Positions 50,091 to 62,990 of a stretch of DNA of 64,000 nucleotides are shown piece after piece. The position numbers and the translations under genes are program-made. The stretch is from Felis catus. Lineage: Eukaryota. The stretch spans positions 27,282,001-27,346,000 of the forward strand of contig NC_058383.1 of NCBI RefSeq assembly GCF_018350175.1, written 5' to 3'. The notes beneath the pieces were generated by a model. The model worked only from the letters and a program-made list of their open reading frames with translations. It had not been told where the DNA came from and made no database searches. Position 1 is the first letter of the stretch. Every line of letters starts with the position of its first letter.

Positions 50091-51254
50091 ATTTAATCCA
50101 GATTGGCGGGGATGAGATCAGGGAAGGCTTCCTGGAGAAGGTGACAACCTTGGCCAGTATTAATTCTTGCTTTTCAGAGTTCTCAAAGAGTATGTTTAGA
50201 CCCACAGGTTTGAGTAACAGAAAGGAGGCCACCAACCCTTACCTATATCATATTCTATACTGGAAGTCACTAAATGGTGGCTCTTGGGGCCAGAAATAGT
50301 CCATAAACCTGTTTTGTATGACCCTCATGGTGCTTAAAACCGCCCAAGACACAATGGAAGACATATCATGATCATCTGCCTTCTTGGCTTCTATTAAAAA
50401 TTCTGAATATCTAGAACACTGTGGACCCACACTCCCACTGAACCCTCTTTCGATGGGGGCCTACTCTCTAGCTGACCATGATCCTCACCAAACCCACATC
50501 CTCCCCCTGTCTTGTAAGGATCTTGTCTGTGGCCTTCGCTCTATTGCCACAAAGGCGTGTCTCACATATTCTCTGGTATCCTGCCAACCCATGAGGTAGA
50601 AAAGTCAATCACTGCCACCTTACGATGGGAAAACCAAAGTTCAGAGAGGCTAAGTGACTTCCTTAAGGATACCCAGCTGGGAAATGATAATGTCTGATGG
50701 GAACCACGGCCTCTGCCTCTAATTCACTGCCCTCTTCAGACATTCGAACAAAAGAATCAGTCATCACTACGGTTTTTCTAGGGCACTTTACAGTTTGCTG
50801 AGCTCTTCCACACACACAAGGTTTATTATGGAATACGCAAGATTTCGGATCTCTGTGGGATGCATACAGATTAAAGAGCAGATGTTCACCAAAGGAAGAG
50901 TGAGCCAAGGGTTGTAAAAACTCCGGAAAAATAAGGACAAGAAGTGGGCAGGTCTCAGAGGTCAACATCGACAAACCTAACGAACCAAACAAGCACTGAT
51001 TAAAAATCTAATGGAAGCAGGTCACAGAGAGATGTCTGTTTCCCTTTCTGAGGTCACAGTCTCATGGGGAGGCTGGTACCTGTGAAACAACAACACAAGG
51101 CAGACTGTGTACCTGGCGAGCACAAAGGGCAGTTACTGGTCGAATCAAGGGCCTACTCAGGGCACGGGGTGGGCGGATCTATAGATTTGAGGGGATGGGA
51201 GTGGTTCTTTATTCAGGGTGGGCAGATGGTGGGTCAACTGAGGCTCTCGGATGG

Positions 51255-51711
51255 CGTATTAATTTCTTACGGCTGCTATACCAAAGTACCACAGGCAGCG
51301 TGGTGTAAAGGATGGAGAATTATTGTCTCTGGGAGCTTCAAGTCTGAGATCCAGGTGTCGGTAGCTTTGGTTCCTTCTGAGGCTGGCAGGGAAGGTCTGT
51401 TCCATGCCACCCTCCTGGCGTCTGGTGGTCTCCTGGCCATCTACGGCATTCCTCAGCTTGTAGAAGCATCGCCCCGATATCTACCTTCGTCCTCATGTGG
51501 TGTCCACCCTGGATGGGTGTCTGTATCTGAATTTCCCCTTTTTACAGGGACCCCAGTCATACTGGATTAGGGGCCTACCTTATCCCAGGATGACCTCACC
51601 TTTGCTAGTTACACGGGCAGTGACCCTCCTTCCAAATAAGGCCACATTCTAAGGTGTGAGGGTTAGGACTTGGACACACGTACTCTTGGGGGCACAACTC
51701 GGCCCCTAACA
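51255..51711 (-). mobile_element. MaLR solo LTR (MLT1C-like)
   Basis: gtattaatttcttacggctgctataccaaagtaccaca; ttggttccttctgaggctg; ccagtcatactggattagggcc; ends cccctaaca. Confidence 0.88.
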
Positions 51712-52654
51712 GACAATATCTTCAAGGTGTCAGGAAAGCATGGAGCCAGGAGCTGAGCCTCTCAAAACCCTTTCTGAGACTCTTCCCTATGAAGACTAAA
51801 GACCCGGGTCCCCCCACCCCCCTGTCTTTCTAAGCACAACGAGAGTCTCAGGAGTTTCTGATGCTTCCAGAAGGATCCTGGGAGTCTAGGAGGGTGGGGG
51901 TGGGGCACTGAAAGCAGGGAGGAGAAGCCCTTCTCCCTTTTCATTACGCTGTGGAAAACAGAAAACTCAATTTATTTGAGAACAAACAGGCTTTAACCTG
52001 AAGTTCATTCTCCCACTCGGTGACTTCACAGCATAGACATGAGAGAGCGGCAGCCGGTATCGTGCCCTGGCCACACACTCCGAGGGACCTAGATTGGGAA
52101 AATAATGGCATTTTCTCAACAAATTATCTCCCAGCTGAAGTAATAACTTGTTTGTAGATATGCCAATTCAGATTTTCCTCCCCTTAACCTGCCTCTAAAA
52201 GAAACGTAGTGTCGTCCACATAACAAAATGGCAGCAGTGTCCCTGTCCCCCACCCCCTGCTGAGCCTTTATTAATTTTAAGCCATTGACAGAGTCTCTTT
52301 GGAAACTGTGTTCACATCTCCGGTCAACAATATCCTCCTGCTCAGTTCCAATAAAATACACACTGTCAGAGAATAAAGCAAACATTTCTCTGTGAAGGAA
52401 AAAACAGAACCACTGTGCTTTAAATATAAACACCAAGGACACAGCCAGCAGATTTACCCAATGGCTGCCATCGAGTTAACGGGTCCTCGCTCAGATTCAC
52501 ATCCATTCTGTAACAGGGGGACCACAGCCTCCGACTCTTCTGGCTCCCACAGCCTGCCCAGTCTGCGGCCATGTTGGCTGGAAGGACGGGCATGGGCGCC
52601 ATGTTAGGTGACAGGTGCCTTGGTGAATGACACCATTGTGGCGTCTTCTGTCCT

Positions 52655-53090
52655 CCCCCAATTACAGTCTAGTAGGGGAGACACACATTCAACCAACCAA
52701 ACAAGCACCCAGTCTGTAAAGCCAGCTCGTAGTAAGAGCTACGTGTGAAAGAAATAAGGTATGGAGTAAGGACGGCCAGTGGCACTTGATGAGATGTGAA
52801 GAAGGAGGGCAAACCCACGCTGGCAGAGGGAAGAGGGCTCATCCAGAGCTGGCCAGCCATCCAGTGCCAAGAGGTATAGAACTTCTGAATGCAGAGCACA
52901 GAGCGAGCCAGCTAGGCTTAACCAGAGAGACGGCGAGGGGGGACGTGTAGACGACCACGAAGCTGAACAGTGGGAAGAGTCAGGAGGGGCAAGCAGAGGA
53001 GCGGGGATTTTATTCCAGATGCAGCACAAAGCCACGACAAGGTTTCAAGTGGGGGGATGCTGTAATCCAGTCCTCCCTTTCAGCCAATCT
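52655..53090 (-). mobile_element. L2 fragment
   Basis: ttacagtctagtaggggagac; gattttattccagatgcagcacaaagccac. Confidence 0.6.
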
Positions 53091-53649
53091 GTCTGTCTGT
53101 CTCTCTCTCTCTCTCTCACTCACACACACACGCTTCTACAACATATTATTCAGAGCCAATTCTTGGACATCAGTCCTTGACCAAATGCAACTCTCTCTGG
53201 AATGAACTCCATATTCAACTCAACCTCAGGATGGATGAGCTGTTTCGGAGAACAGCTGGGAACGCTGGAAGGGAGATGGTATATGAAGACCCCGGTGTGG
53301 AGGAAGGTCGCAGAGGCAGAGGCACAGGAAGCAAGGGGAAGAGGGCTTCAGATCAACTGCTCAAACCACCCCTCACTCCGCCTGGCGGGTGCCAAGAACA
53401 GTGCAGAGCAGGGCAGGGCCAGTCTTCGTGAAAGTCAGAAGGGACTTCCGGCAAGTTCAATTACTGCCTAGATTTATATGCGGAGATATACTTATGGATC
53501 CATATTTAGCATTTCCAAACTAATGTGGCAGGAGTGGTTATGATTTTCCCCAAGACCTGGCCAGGACAACTTGGAGTTTGCTGATGTAATTACTTGTAAC
53601 GTTCTACAACCCAGGGAATGGGTGGCTTCCTGTAACATTCTTCTCTATG

Positions 53650-53830
53650 TTTCTGGGCAGGTCACTTAACTTCTATTTTGCCTCAGTTCTTGCCTCTGTA
53701 AAATGGGAATAATAACATCTCCCTCTCAAGGAGCTGAGGGGACAAAATAGAAGAATCCATGTTAAGCACTCAGGAGAAGGCCGGGCTTAAGTGTTCAACG
53801 AAGGGGGTAGCAGCCGTGGTTGTTACTACC
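53650..53830 (+). mobile_element. MIR
   Basis: gggcaggtcacttaacttct ... gcctcagtt ... tgtaaaatgggaataata. Confidence 0.8.
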
Positions 53831-54221
53831 ACATCAGCCTCCACAACATTTGGGAGCACCTGGCATTTGTGGAGTATTTGTTGGCCTGTTGTATCCTGCT
53901 TGAAAATTTAGTACGGAAATACTTGGGGGGAGAAAAAAAAGCCGTATGTTCAAAACTATTTATTTATTTATTTATTTAAAAGGTTATTTATTTAAAATAA
54001 CAACAAGAATATCTAAACACTGAACAATAAGGGAACGGGAGCATTCACGAAGGCACATCAGCTCAAGGGAAAACCACACGCTAAATCAAATGATTAATAT
54101 GGAGACTACAAAATGCTTCCACGATGTTCACAAAATGGTGTTGAGTGGATCTGAAAAAGACAAACTGTGCACTGCTGGGAAGTCAGATGGAAGAGACTGT
54201 GGAGACATGAAAACGGCTCTC

Positions 54222-54410
54222 GGGGTCGCCTGGGCGGTTCAGTCCGTTAAGCGTCTGACTTCAGCTCAGGTCATGATCTCAAAGCTCGTGAGTTCGAGCC
54301 CCGTGTCGGGCTCTGTGCTGCCAGCTCTACTTGGGATTCTGGGCCTCCCTCTCTCTCTACCCCTCCCCCACTCGCACTGTTTCTCAAAAATAAACAAACA
54401 TTTAAAAAAA
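54222..54410 (+). mobile_element. CanSINE
   Basis: ggggtcgcctgggcggttcagtccgttaagcg head; flanking repeat aaaacgg[c/t]t. Confidence 0.95.
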
Positions 54411-54451
54411 CGGTTTCTGGTTGCAAAGGTGGATCACAGGTAAAGTTTTTA

Positions 54452-54683
54452 TTTATTTATTTTTTTAAAATTTTTTTTTTCAACGTTTATTTATTTTTGG
54501 GACAGAGAGAGACAGAGCATGAATGGGCGAGGGGCAGAGAGAGAGGGAGACACAGAATCGGAAACAGGCTCCAGGCTCTGAGCCATCAGCCCAGAGCCCG
54601 ACACGGGGCTCGAACTCACGGACCGCGAGATCGTGACCTGGCTGAAGTCGGACGCTTAACCGACTACGCCACCCAGGCGCCCC
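54452..54683 (-). mobile_element. Young feline SINE (SINEC_Fc) with perfect 16-bp TSD
   Basis: TSD ACAGGTAAAGTTTTTA at 54436-54451 and 54684-54699; near-consensus body. Confidence 0.97.
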
Positions 54684-55104
54684 ACAGGTAAAGTTTTTAA
54701 AAGATGGTTAACACATGGAAATACAAAATCAACTGCAACAAAAAATGAGAGTGAAACTCGGGAGGGCGTTATTTGGGGGATTTGGAACATGGAATCCCTT
54801 GTAAAGCAATGGTTTCTTCCACGGGGCGGCAAACACCTCCAAGGAAGGTGAAACTGTCCATGGCTAAGCTCTTCTGACATCAGGCTCGTCGTATCCTATG
54901 TACCTGGGTGTCTGTTTTCCCTATCTTACTTTTTTAATAAATGGGTAATGGAATACGTCACCAAACACTTACTGGTGGCCTACTGCGTGAACGACTGGTA
55001 CAAAATGGCCACTGGCACAGCCCCCGAGAGGAAAGGCCTCACTCACGAAGGAGATAAATGAAGACAAGACAAGACGGATGAGTCACCGAGGACAAGCCAA
55101 CAGC

Positions 55105-55330
55105 GGCTAACACAACTGCCTGCAGGCCAGGCATCGTTCTGAGGGTTTCATGGGAAGAACCCCCTTTGGTCCTCATAGCGAACCACCAACCTCAAGGCAG
55201 CTGCAGCCATTTGACAGATGAGAAACCCGATGCTCAGAAAGAGCGAATGACGTGCCCAAGGTCACACCGTCAGTGGTGGAGCAAGGATCTGGACCTAAGA
55301 CTCTTCCCCAGGGCTCCTCCTCTCACCGCT
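55105..55330 (-). mobile_element. MIR
   Basis: ccatttgacagatgagaaacc ... tgcccaaggtcacac. Confidence 0.75.
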
Positions 55331-55581
55331 CTGTCTCTGACCAAGAGCCACAGAGGGTGTTCATGCAGGAGGCGGTGAAAGTCCCTCTCCCAGATGCCCA
55401 CCCAGGAACGGCTCACACTCATGTCTATGTCAGACACAAGGGCTCTGTTGAGCCCTGGCCTCCCTGAGCTCACTCCCAGCCTGAAACCCTGGGCTTGCCT
55501 TCGGGAGCCAGGAGCTAGATGAGGAAAGTCCACGGAATGGATTAGGGACAAAGAGATTCTGCAGTTCAGACTGGAGAATGT

Positions 55582-55793
55582 TAAAAAAAAATTTTTTTTT
55601 ATGTTTATTTATTTTTGAGAGACACAGCACGAGCAGGGGAGGGGCAGAGAGAGAGGGAGACACAGAATCCAAAGCGGGCTCCAGACCTGGAGCCGTCAAT
55701 GCAGAGCCCGACGCGAGGCTCAAACCCACAAACCGTGAGATCGTGACCTGAGCCGAAGTTGGACGTTTAACCCACTGAGCCACCCAGGTGCCC
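55582..55793 (-). mobile_element. CanSINE (SINEC_Fc-type)
   Basis: TSD CAGACTGGAGAAT at 55567-55579 and 55793-55805. Confidence 0.96.
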
Positions 55794-56532
55794 AGACTGG
55801 AGAATTTTTTAAGGCCCTTCTGGGAAACTGTACTGGCTTCAGAAAGATGGTGTGTGGGGGGTGTGGGGAGGGGGAGAGCTCAAGGGGAGAGTGCCAGCAT
55901 GCGTGAGCAGAAGGTGCCGGGCACTGAGAGGGACGGACACCTCTCCCCTGCCCAGATGGGAGACTGAACAGGCTGTGCAGCCCCAGAGAGACCAGAAGAC
56001 GTTCTGATGCTGTCACTTCCCACCTCAAAGCGCTGGATCTTTTGCTCAGAAATCGAGAGAAAAAACGGACACAATTCCTGTCAAAGCTGACAACATGAAG
56101 TAGGGTACACGGAAGCGTGTGCACGCACACACGTGTGCACAGTTGAAAGAGCGCAGCTATTTTGTTGCAGCAGCAACTGACTTGCCAGCCACTTACTTGG
56201 GGCCAGGCGCTGCCACATTTCCCCTTCCTAATTATCCTGTGAAGTGGGAACTGTTCTCAGCCCCATCATACAGGTGAGAAAACCAAGGCTTACTGGGTTC
56301 AGTGGCTCTGTCAGGGTCACATGGTCATGATTTGAATCCAGGCAGCCTCTCTCTCTCAGGAACACACTGATGCACGGTATTTTAGAGCTGTGGCCACACA
56401 CATAGGACACGGGCTTACCCAGAGAGACAGACGTGGCGCAGATGACAAGAGACAGCACAGATAGGCACGCGGAGGGCTGCAACAATGAACATACGCATCC
56501 CTGTCTCCACGCAAGGGTCGGCTCCTGGCACA

Positions 56533-56546
56533 CCTCCAGGGGGCAC
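56533..56546 (+). promoter_or_regulatory. CTCF-like motif
   Basis: CCTCCAGGGGGCAC matches the core CCASYAGRKGGCRS with one mismatch. Confidence 0.4.
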
Positions 56547-59500
56547 CGTTCACACAGGATACAAAGCAGATACCGGCACCCAGCTTTCTGGAGGGGGAAC
56601 TCGGCTTAGAAAATCGGTATTTAAAGTTCCCTTGGACAAACGAATGGCCTCGCTCGCTCCCCCCGCCACCTCTCTACGCCGCTGATGCCACTGGTCCTCA
56701 CCGCGGCTGTGCAGAGCGGGGGTCTGGTGCCATGGAGGGAGGAAACCCAGGCCTAGGAATGAATGTGCCGCTTGTCGGCTCTGCTACCCGCGGCAGCACA
56801 ACACGGCGCCCTGTTTCTCCTGGAATCGGAGCCCTGAGTCCGTTCCAGCCCTCGTTTTCACGTCTTTCTTCCCAACAGACACAAGGCCTGCTCAGTTCTA
56901 GAGAGTTGGTGTGGCTGCCAAAGCCCAGCGGAGGGGAGAAGGCCTTGAAAAGTCACTTTATGAAACATCCCGGCTCGCGGAGGCCAAGCCACGAGGCCCG
57001 AGCGGCTGACTTTCCATTCACCACACACCCCACCCAGAGACGAGGGGCTCAGTTACAGCCAGCCCTTGTTCTCACCCGCTGGGAGCCCCGGGGAGTCGGA
57101 ATTCACGGGGATGGCATCAGAAAACCCTTGGCAGGAAACTCCGCTTCTGGCATCTTCCTCGGGGGCCACAGCTTGCTGTGGTTAGCCGAGATGGCATGAT
57201 GCAAGAACTGAGAGACGGCTGTCCACCGTGGGGCCTTCTTGAGCCCGGAGACCCAGGCTGAGACTGAGGCAGGCAAGCTCTCCGTTACGTGCAGTGCCTG
57301 AGACGGTCTCAATACTTCACCAATTCACGTATTCTCTACATTCAACAAAAGTGTAGTAGGCACCTACTATGTGCCGCGTGTTACTATTTTAGGCACACAC
57401 AGCGGTGAACAGAACAGTCTCCCCCCTCACGTAGCTTCTTCTCGAAACTGTCACGCTCTCCCCAGCCCTCCTCCAATTAACAGCTGTGTGACCCGGGGCA
57501 CACCACGTCCCCTCTCCGTGCATCAGTGAGGTCTCTCCTAGGGTTCTTGTGAACCAGCATCTGGGAGCCACCAAATTCCCCCTTGGGGCCTGAACTAGAC
57601 CGGGTTGGTTTCCATCACTCGCAGCCAAGAGCTGTGCCCAGGAGATTAGGAAAGAGAGCGGAGAAGACAAAAAGCGGGTTTGAGAGAGCTGCGGGGAGCT
57701 GATGAGTCATTTGCGCATCTGGAAAGCAGATGGGAAGACACGTGGAGCGAAGGCGGCCTCAGGGAAGAGAGGCTGCGTTCGCTCCAACTTCTCCAACAGC
57801 CCTTGGACGCTCAGGGTCAAAAGAGATCACAAGACCCCTAGGACAAAGAGGGAGATGCTGAAAAGCCAAATGGTCAATGCAACAGTAATGCATTCAGTGT
57901 TCATTAAAAAATTATTTGGTGTGCTTCGAACAGGCTAGGTACTGGGGCCCGGTGTGCAGATGCAACAGAAGATAAACCAAAGAGCAGGGAGTGTCTCTTC
58001 CTGCAAGGGTCATACAGTCTTTCACAAGTCACCCTCTTGCCTGGAACCTCGTGGCCTCACTCATTCATTCATTCATTCATCCATTTCCTTGCCTGCTCAC
58101 CAGCCGTGTGCAGGCCTCTGGCTAAAACCAGCACCGTACAGAGTCCACTGTGGCAGCCAGCCTTGCCAATCATGTCGGTCTGCATTCGAAGCCAGGCCTC
58201 AGCTGCCTGCTCTGTAAAATGGAAATAATGCAGATTTCTTTGTAAGGAAGGAACGGAATCAGGCTTTTTAAAGCCCCTCCTGGGCCCAGTGACGCGCACT
58301 GGCTAAGAGCTCACTCAATGGCTCAGGTGAACATCCTGCATCTTCTCAGGAAGTCTTCTGAGCCAGAACCTCCGGGACGTCACGGAGACCATCTCGGCTT
58401 CCTTGTGGCTCATGCTCAGTCCTGAGTTTCGTACCTGGATGCTCACAGTTGCACACTCAGAATTTGCCTAACCAGGTACCTGATTTTCAGCCTCAAACTG
58501 GAAACGTTCCCCTAGTTTATTCGAGACTCACTGGAGGGGACCACAATATCCTTGGTTGACACGTGGTTAGCTTCTAGAAGAATAAGAAATGTTAAATTTA
58601 GGGAGGAAGGGACATCAGGAGGCCCTCGTGTGACATTTTGAGGCTTGTTCTGAGTTCAGAGGCCATATTTAGATAGTACTCAGGGCCCAGACTGAGTTCT
58701 AGAAACCGGGCCAAAGGATCTGCCCATAATGACACATATCAAAACTGGAGAAAGCCTCGGTCATGGGGAAAAAGGATGAAAATTACAAAGCCCTTCTTCC
58801 GAACCACCTTCTAAAAGTGAACAGAAAGAGCAGGAAGCTGCCCAAAGTGTGCCCCAACCTCCCTCTTCAGAGCTAGAAAGAGTAACAGGTCCGTTTCCAA
58901 CTTGCAATTTAATTCTATTTTGGAGTTTACTGGAAAGCAGAAAATAAGAAAGGGATCTGAAAGAGGCCAGCAGTTTGAAGGCAAGGACAAAACTGAAACA
59001 CACACATTAGACCAAAGAATTCAAAGGGCCTGGCAGCTTGGGTCCCCCAATATCTTCACGGCCCCTCAAGCCCCCTCATGCCTAAGCAAATTAGCAACGA
59101 TGCATGTGCTCTTGACTTTGAGAATCACAGTTACTTTCCTACCTCCTCATGCAGGGGGTCAAGAAGGGATGGTCACACGTTGAGAAAGAATGCCCTCTGG
59201 AAGTACTCAATAGTTTCTGGCGAAGGGCATGGGTAAGATAGGGTTTTAGCTGCAGACGAGACTCAAAAGGAACACTGAATACTACCAGGTGACCGACAGG
59301 GTCTCTGAGACAGCCAGAGTCAAGCTCAGGGGTTCCTCTGCTGTAGGAGACAATGACCCATCCACAATGGGAATGGCCAGCACAGACCCCCTTGCCTTTG
59401 CTGCTATTGGGTTTACACTACCCGTGTCGGGCACAGAACCGAAACCTTGACCTCTGCTGATGCCCCAAGCCAATACCTCAATGGCTCCCCTTTGGGCCAG

Positions 59501-62500
59501 TGTGCTTGGCTGCCTCCCTCATTTCACTTGCTTCTTCACGAAATCCAAAAATGCACATGAGAAAGGTGCATCAGAGGAGTCCTCAGTGAGTAGAGAAAGT
59601 GCCTGGACGTTCCTGGGCCACCAGGTACACTACACTTTGATGCTGTTGCCTGCCATCATTGTCACTGCATGAGATTTCTTGCAAATTCCATAGAATGCTG
59701 TAAACACTGTAATGAAGAGGTTGGGCTGCCCACTTAGCAGCAAAGAAACGGGGCCCCGGAACCTCACCGCCTGGGTCTGCACCTTGCAACTCAGCCCGTA
59801 TGGCCTGGAGGTCTTGGGACAACTCAGTCATCTACACCGTAGAACATGAATCACAGTCGCGTGTGTTTCGCAGCCCATTTGTAGGGCTTATACAAGCTCA
59901 TGCAGGCCAAGCATTCAACACAGCGCCTGTAACATACATTTGTACAAATTTTGTCAGTTGTAGTTGCTGCTGTTGATGTTGATAATAAAAAATAAAATAG
60001 TAACATGATAACCCCTTCGTGGTGCTCGTTTCCGGATAGAGTGCAACATTAAAGCCAAGAGCTATCTGCTTAATGCAATTTGCTTCCCAATTAATTAATT
60101 ATATTATATCCAAATTGAATTATATTGTCTCACTCTCCAAGGAACTGGTAGTTTCACCTTGGGCTGCTAAAAATGTCCTGCCACCAAAAATTGCTTATAA
60201 GGCATCCCTGTCACTTCACTCGACGAAAGTTAAGTTGATTATTTTTTGAAGAAGTCTTTTGGCCATCAGGCCTTGTGACACTGAATGGAGAAAAATCACT
60301 TCTAAGAGCGGCTGAAAACACTCCTTGGCTGGCTCTGAGTTTGGGGGTCACTGCTCAAGAGGGTGACTTTTCCAAGACCTCCCATCTCTGATAGCTCTGG
60401 GTCAGAGAGCGGAACTATGAAACGTCCAGCTTCAGCTCTGTTCTGTGCAAATGACAAAATACTCACCTGGCTTCAAAAGAAGCCAAAAGGCTCTAGAAAA
60501 AAAACCTAGTGCTGGCCAAGGTCTCTGTCTGATGAACAGGAGGCCTATCTTACTGACTGTTAGGTACACGGGCGGTCCAGCTGTTAAATCATGACATCCA
60601 CTGCTGACTCTCAGCCGGGCTCTCAACAGTAGGTGGCAAGGCGGCTGAGGGAGAAAAGGATGTTTTCTTTCTACTGGCCCATTATTTTTCGAAAGTCCAT
60701 TCAGATTTCTTGGTAGACAAAGCAGGGGGAACGTGATCTTCCCGCGCTGTAAGAGATGATGTTTTTAATGGGCAGGCGCCCAGTTGCTCACCCCACACCA
60801 GCTTGGCTTGAAGGTTATGTGTGAACAGTACATGCATGGTTGCTTCTTTGGATCCCCAAATCTCTCCCCCTTCCAGTGTTATCCACAGACCCTGCAGCTG
60901 CAGATCTATATCCTGATGAGGCAGAGTTTACGTTCTCATGGCTACAGTTCAGCCCAAGTCTAAGGCAATGATTCACACGAACAATATGTGAGTAGCATGG
61001 AGATGTAGAGGCATGGACGGCAAAATGCATCCATGTGAGGTGGTCTGAGTACACACACATACCCCAAGAATTCCATGACTCCAGGCTTAACTCTGCTTGG
61101 ACTCAAGCACATTGCCCCCCGTGTAGTTAGAGACCAGAATAAAACTCATGTAAACAGATTAAATGCCATGACAACCACATTCCAATCTTACAAATACCAA
61201 GGATTGGAGTGGGGGAAGGACTCACTTGGAGATTAGCATTTCTTGGGCAGAGCAGAGAAGGGAGAAGGCAGAGAGGCTCTCAGGAATCTAAGTAATCAAA
61301 GTTCTTTCTGACTCTGATGGAAATTCCTCTCATGTTTGGGTTCTCCCTGTCAACCACCATCCACCATCTTGGAAGGTGGCCCAACTGATGGAGCTCCAAA
61401 GGGATCTAATGACATTTGCTTTCCCAACCAAGGAACACCTTAACAGGGGGATCTCTCCAGCTGCACTCTCATTTTCCTGATGGTCCTACTGTTGGGAAAA
61501 AGGAAGAAGGGATATATAACCTCTCGAATCCTACACCTGATTTGCAATCCAGCCCATGTTCGCTATATCTGCATCTGTTCAGTAGCTCACTGCAGTGACT
61601 AATATGGGCTGAGTGTGACTGGAAGGTGAATAGGGACAGGGATACTCCGCACTTTTTCCCTGAAACTCATTGTCACTCAAGCTTAGATGCACCACGAGGA
61701 AAAGTACACCCCGAGAAATTCAACCTTACAAGGCGCCAGACGTGAACCCCCAAAAGGAGGTGTCAGTCCCAGTTCTCCGCACAGAGGTGTTCACAGGTCC
61801 TTCAACGCTGGGAGAAAAATGCATTCCATGGTTGCTAAATCCGGTTTTCCCCCTTTCTAGCCCACACCAAGCATTCTCAAAACACCCTTCCAAACTCAGC
61901 TACAATGCCAGTTCTGTAGGAAGGCCCCCCTGGTGCCTCAGACTGGTTCAGGCCCCCCTTGCACTCTCTCATTAACCTCAGTCTCCTCCACTAAATTACA
62001 AACTCCAGGAGGCCAGAGGATGTGCCTACATGCTCACCATTATCCGCCCAAAGCCTAGCCCAGAGCCTGACACACTGTAGACGCACACGGCATACAGCCC
62101 ACAGAGACACACGGCAACAGTTGGCCTGTGTGTGCCCCTGACGCTCTGCTCAGAAAAGAGGTGGCATTTCTGATGACAAGATACATATATGTATCACCAC
62201 TGCACACCCCTGTACTTTGGGGGCCCTGGGCTAGCTCCACACTCTCTCACAACTTCCCAGGAGACATTCTCAGTGTCCACATGTGAGCAAAGAGCGGGGC
62301 TGTTCTCACTGTGTTTTCTTAGATTCTTTGTCCAGCCGGCATCCATGCATCACAGGGCGGATTATATTAACTGTATATTTTCATATTTTCTGTATTCTTG
62401 ATGCTCTGGCATTGGGGTGCCTCCCAGAGCTGGACAATTCTCCAGTTCTTACACACGGCAAAAGGTCAGCCAGGGGTACCCCTTTCATATACAAACCAAC

Positions 62501-62689
62501 TGATTCCTAGTCTAAACCCGCCTCCCTCCCAACCACCACTTGATCCAGCACAAGCAGAAGCCACAAGAAGGCTTTACTGACTTACTCCTCATTTATCCTC
62601 ACAATAGCCTCAGGTGGTAACAACTGAAGCTAGGAGGGATGAGGAACTGCGGCCTGCAGCATCCAACTAGAAAGCCTTATCTCCTACCA

Positions 62690-62960
62690 CATCCCCCCTC
62701 ACTCACTCAGCTCTAGAGACACCAGTCTTCTTGTGGCCCTGCCCCAGGACATTTGCACAGATTGTTTCTTGTGCCTGGATTACTCTCTCCTCCCTTCTTC
62801 ACCTGGCTAACTGCACTCAACCTTCACATCCCACCTTATTCATCCCCCAAGAAGCCTTCTCTGGCCCTTCTCCAGACCAAACCACCCTATTAAAAGCTCT
62901 CTTATCATCAGAGCTTCTTTTTCTCTGTCACTTGTAAAAGTTACATTTTCACAGAAGAGC
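62690..62960 (+). mobile_element. L2 fragment, continuing after the LTR at about 63516-63640
   Basis: caggacatttgcacagattgtttcttgtgcctgga; cacctggctaact; gaagccttctctg. Confidence 0.65.
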
Positions 62961-62990
62961 CATTGTTGCTGGCTCCCCACTGTATGCACC

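Noticed and set aside
51064..51570. 168-aa ORF
   Set aside because: It lies mostly inside an MLT1 LTR.
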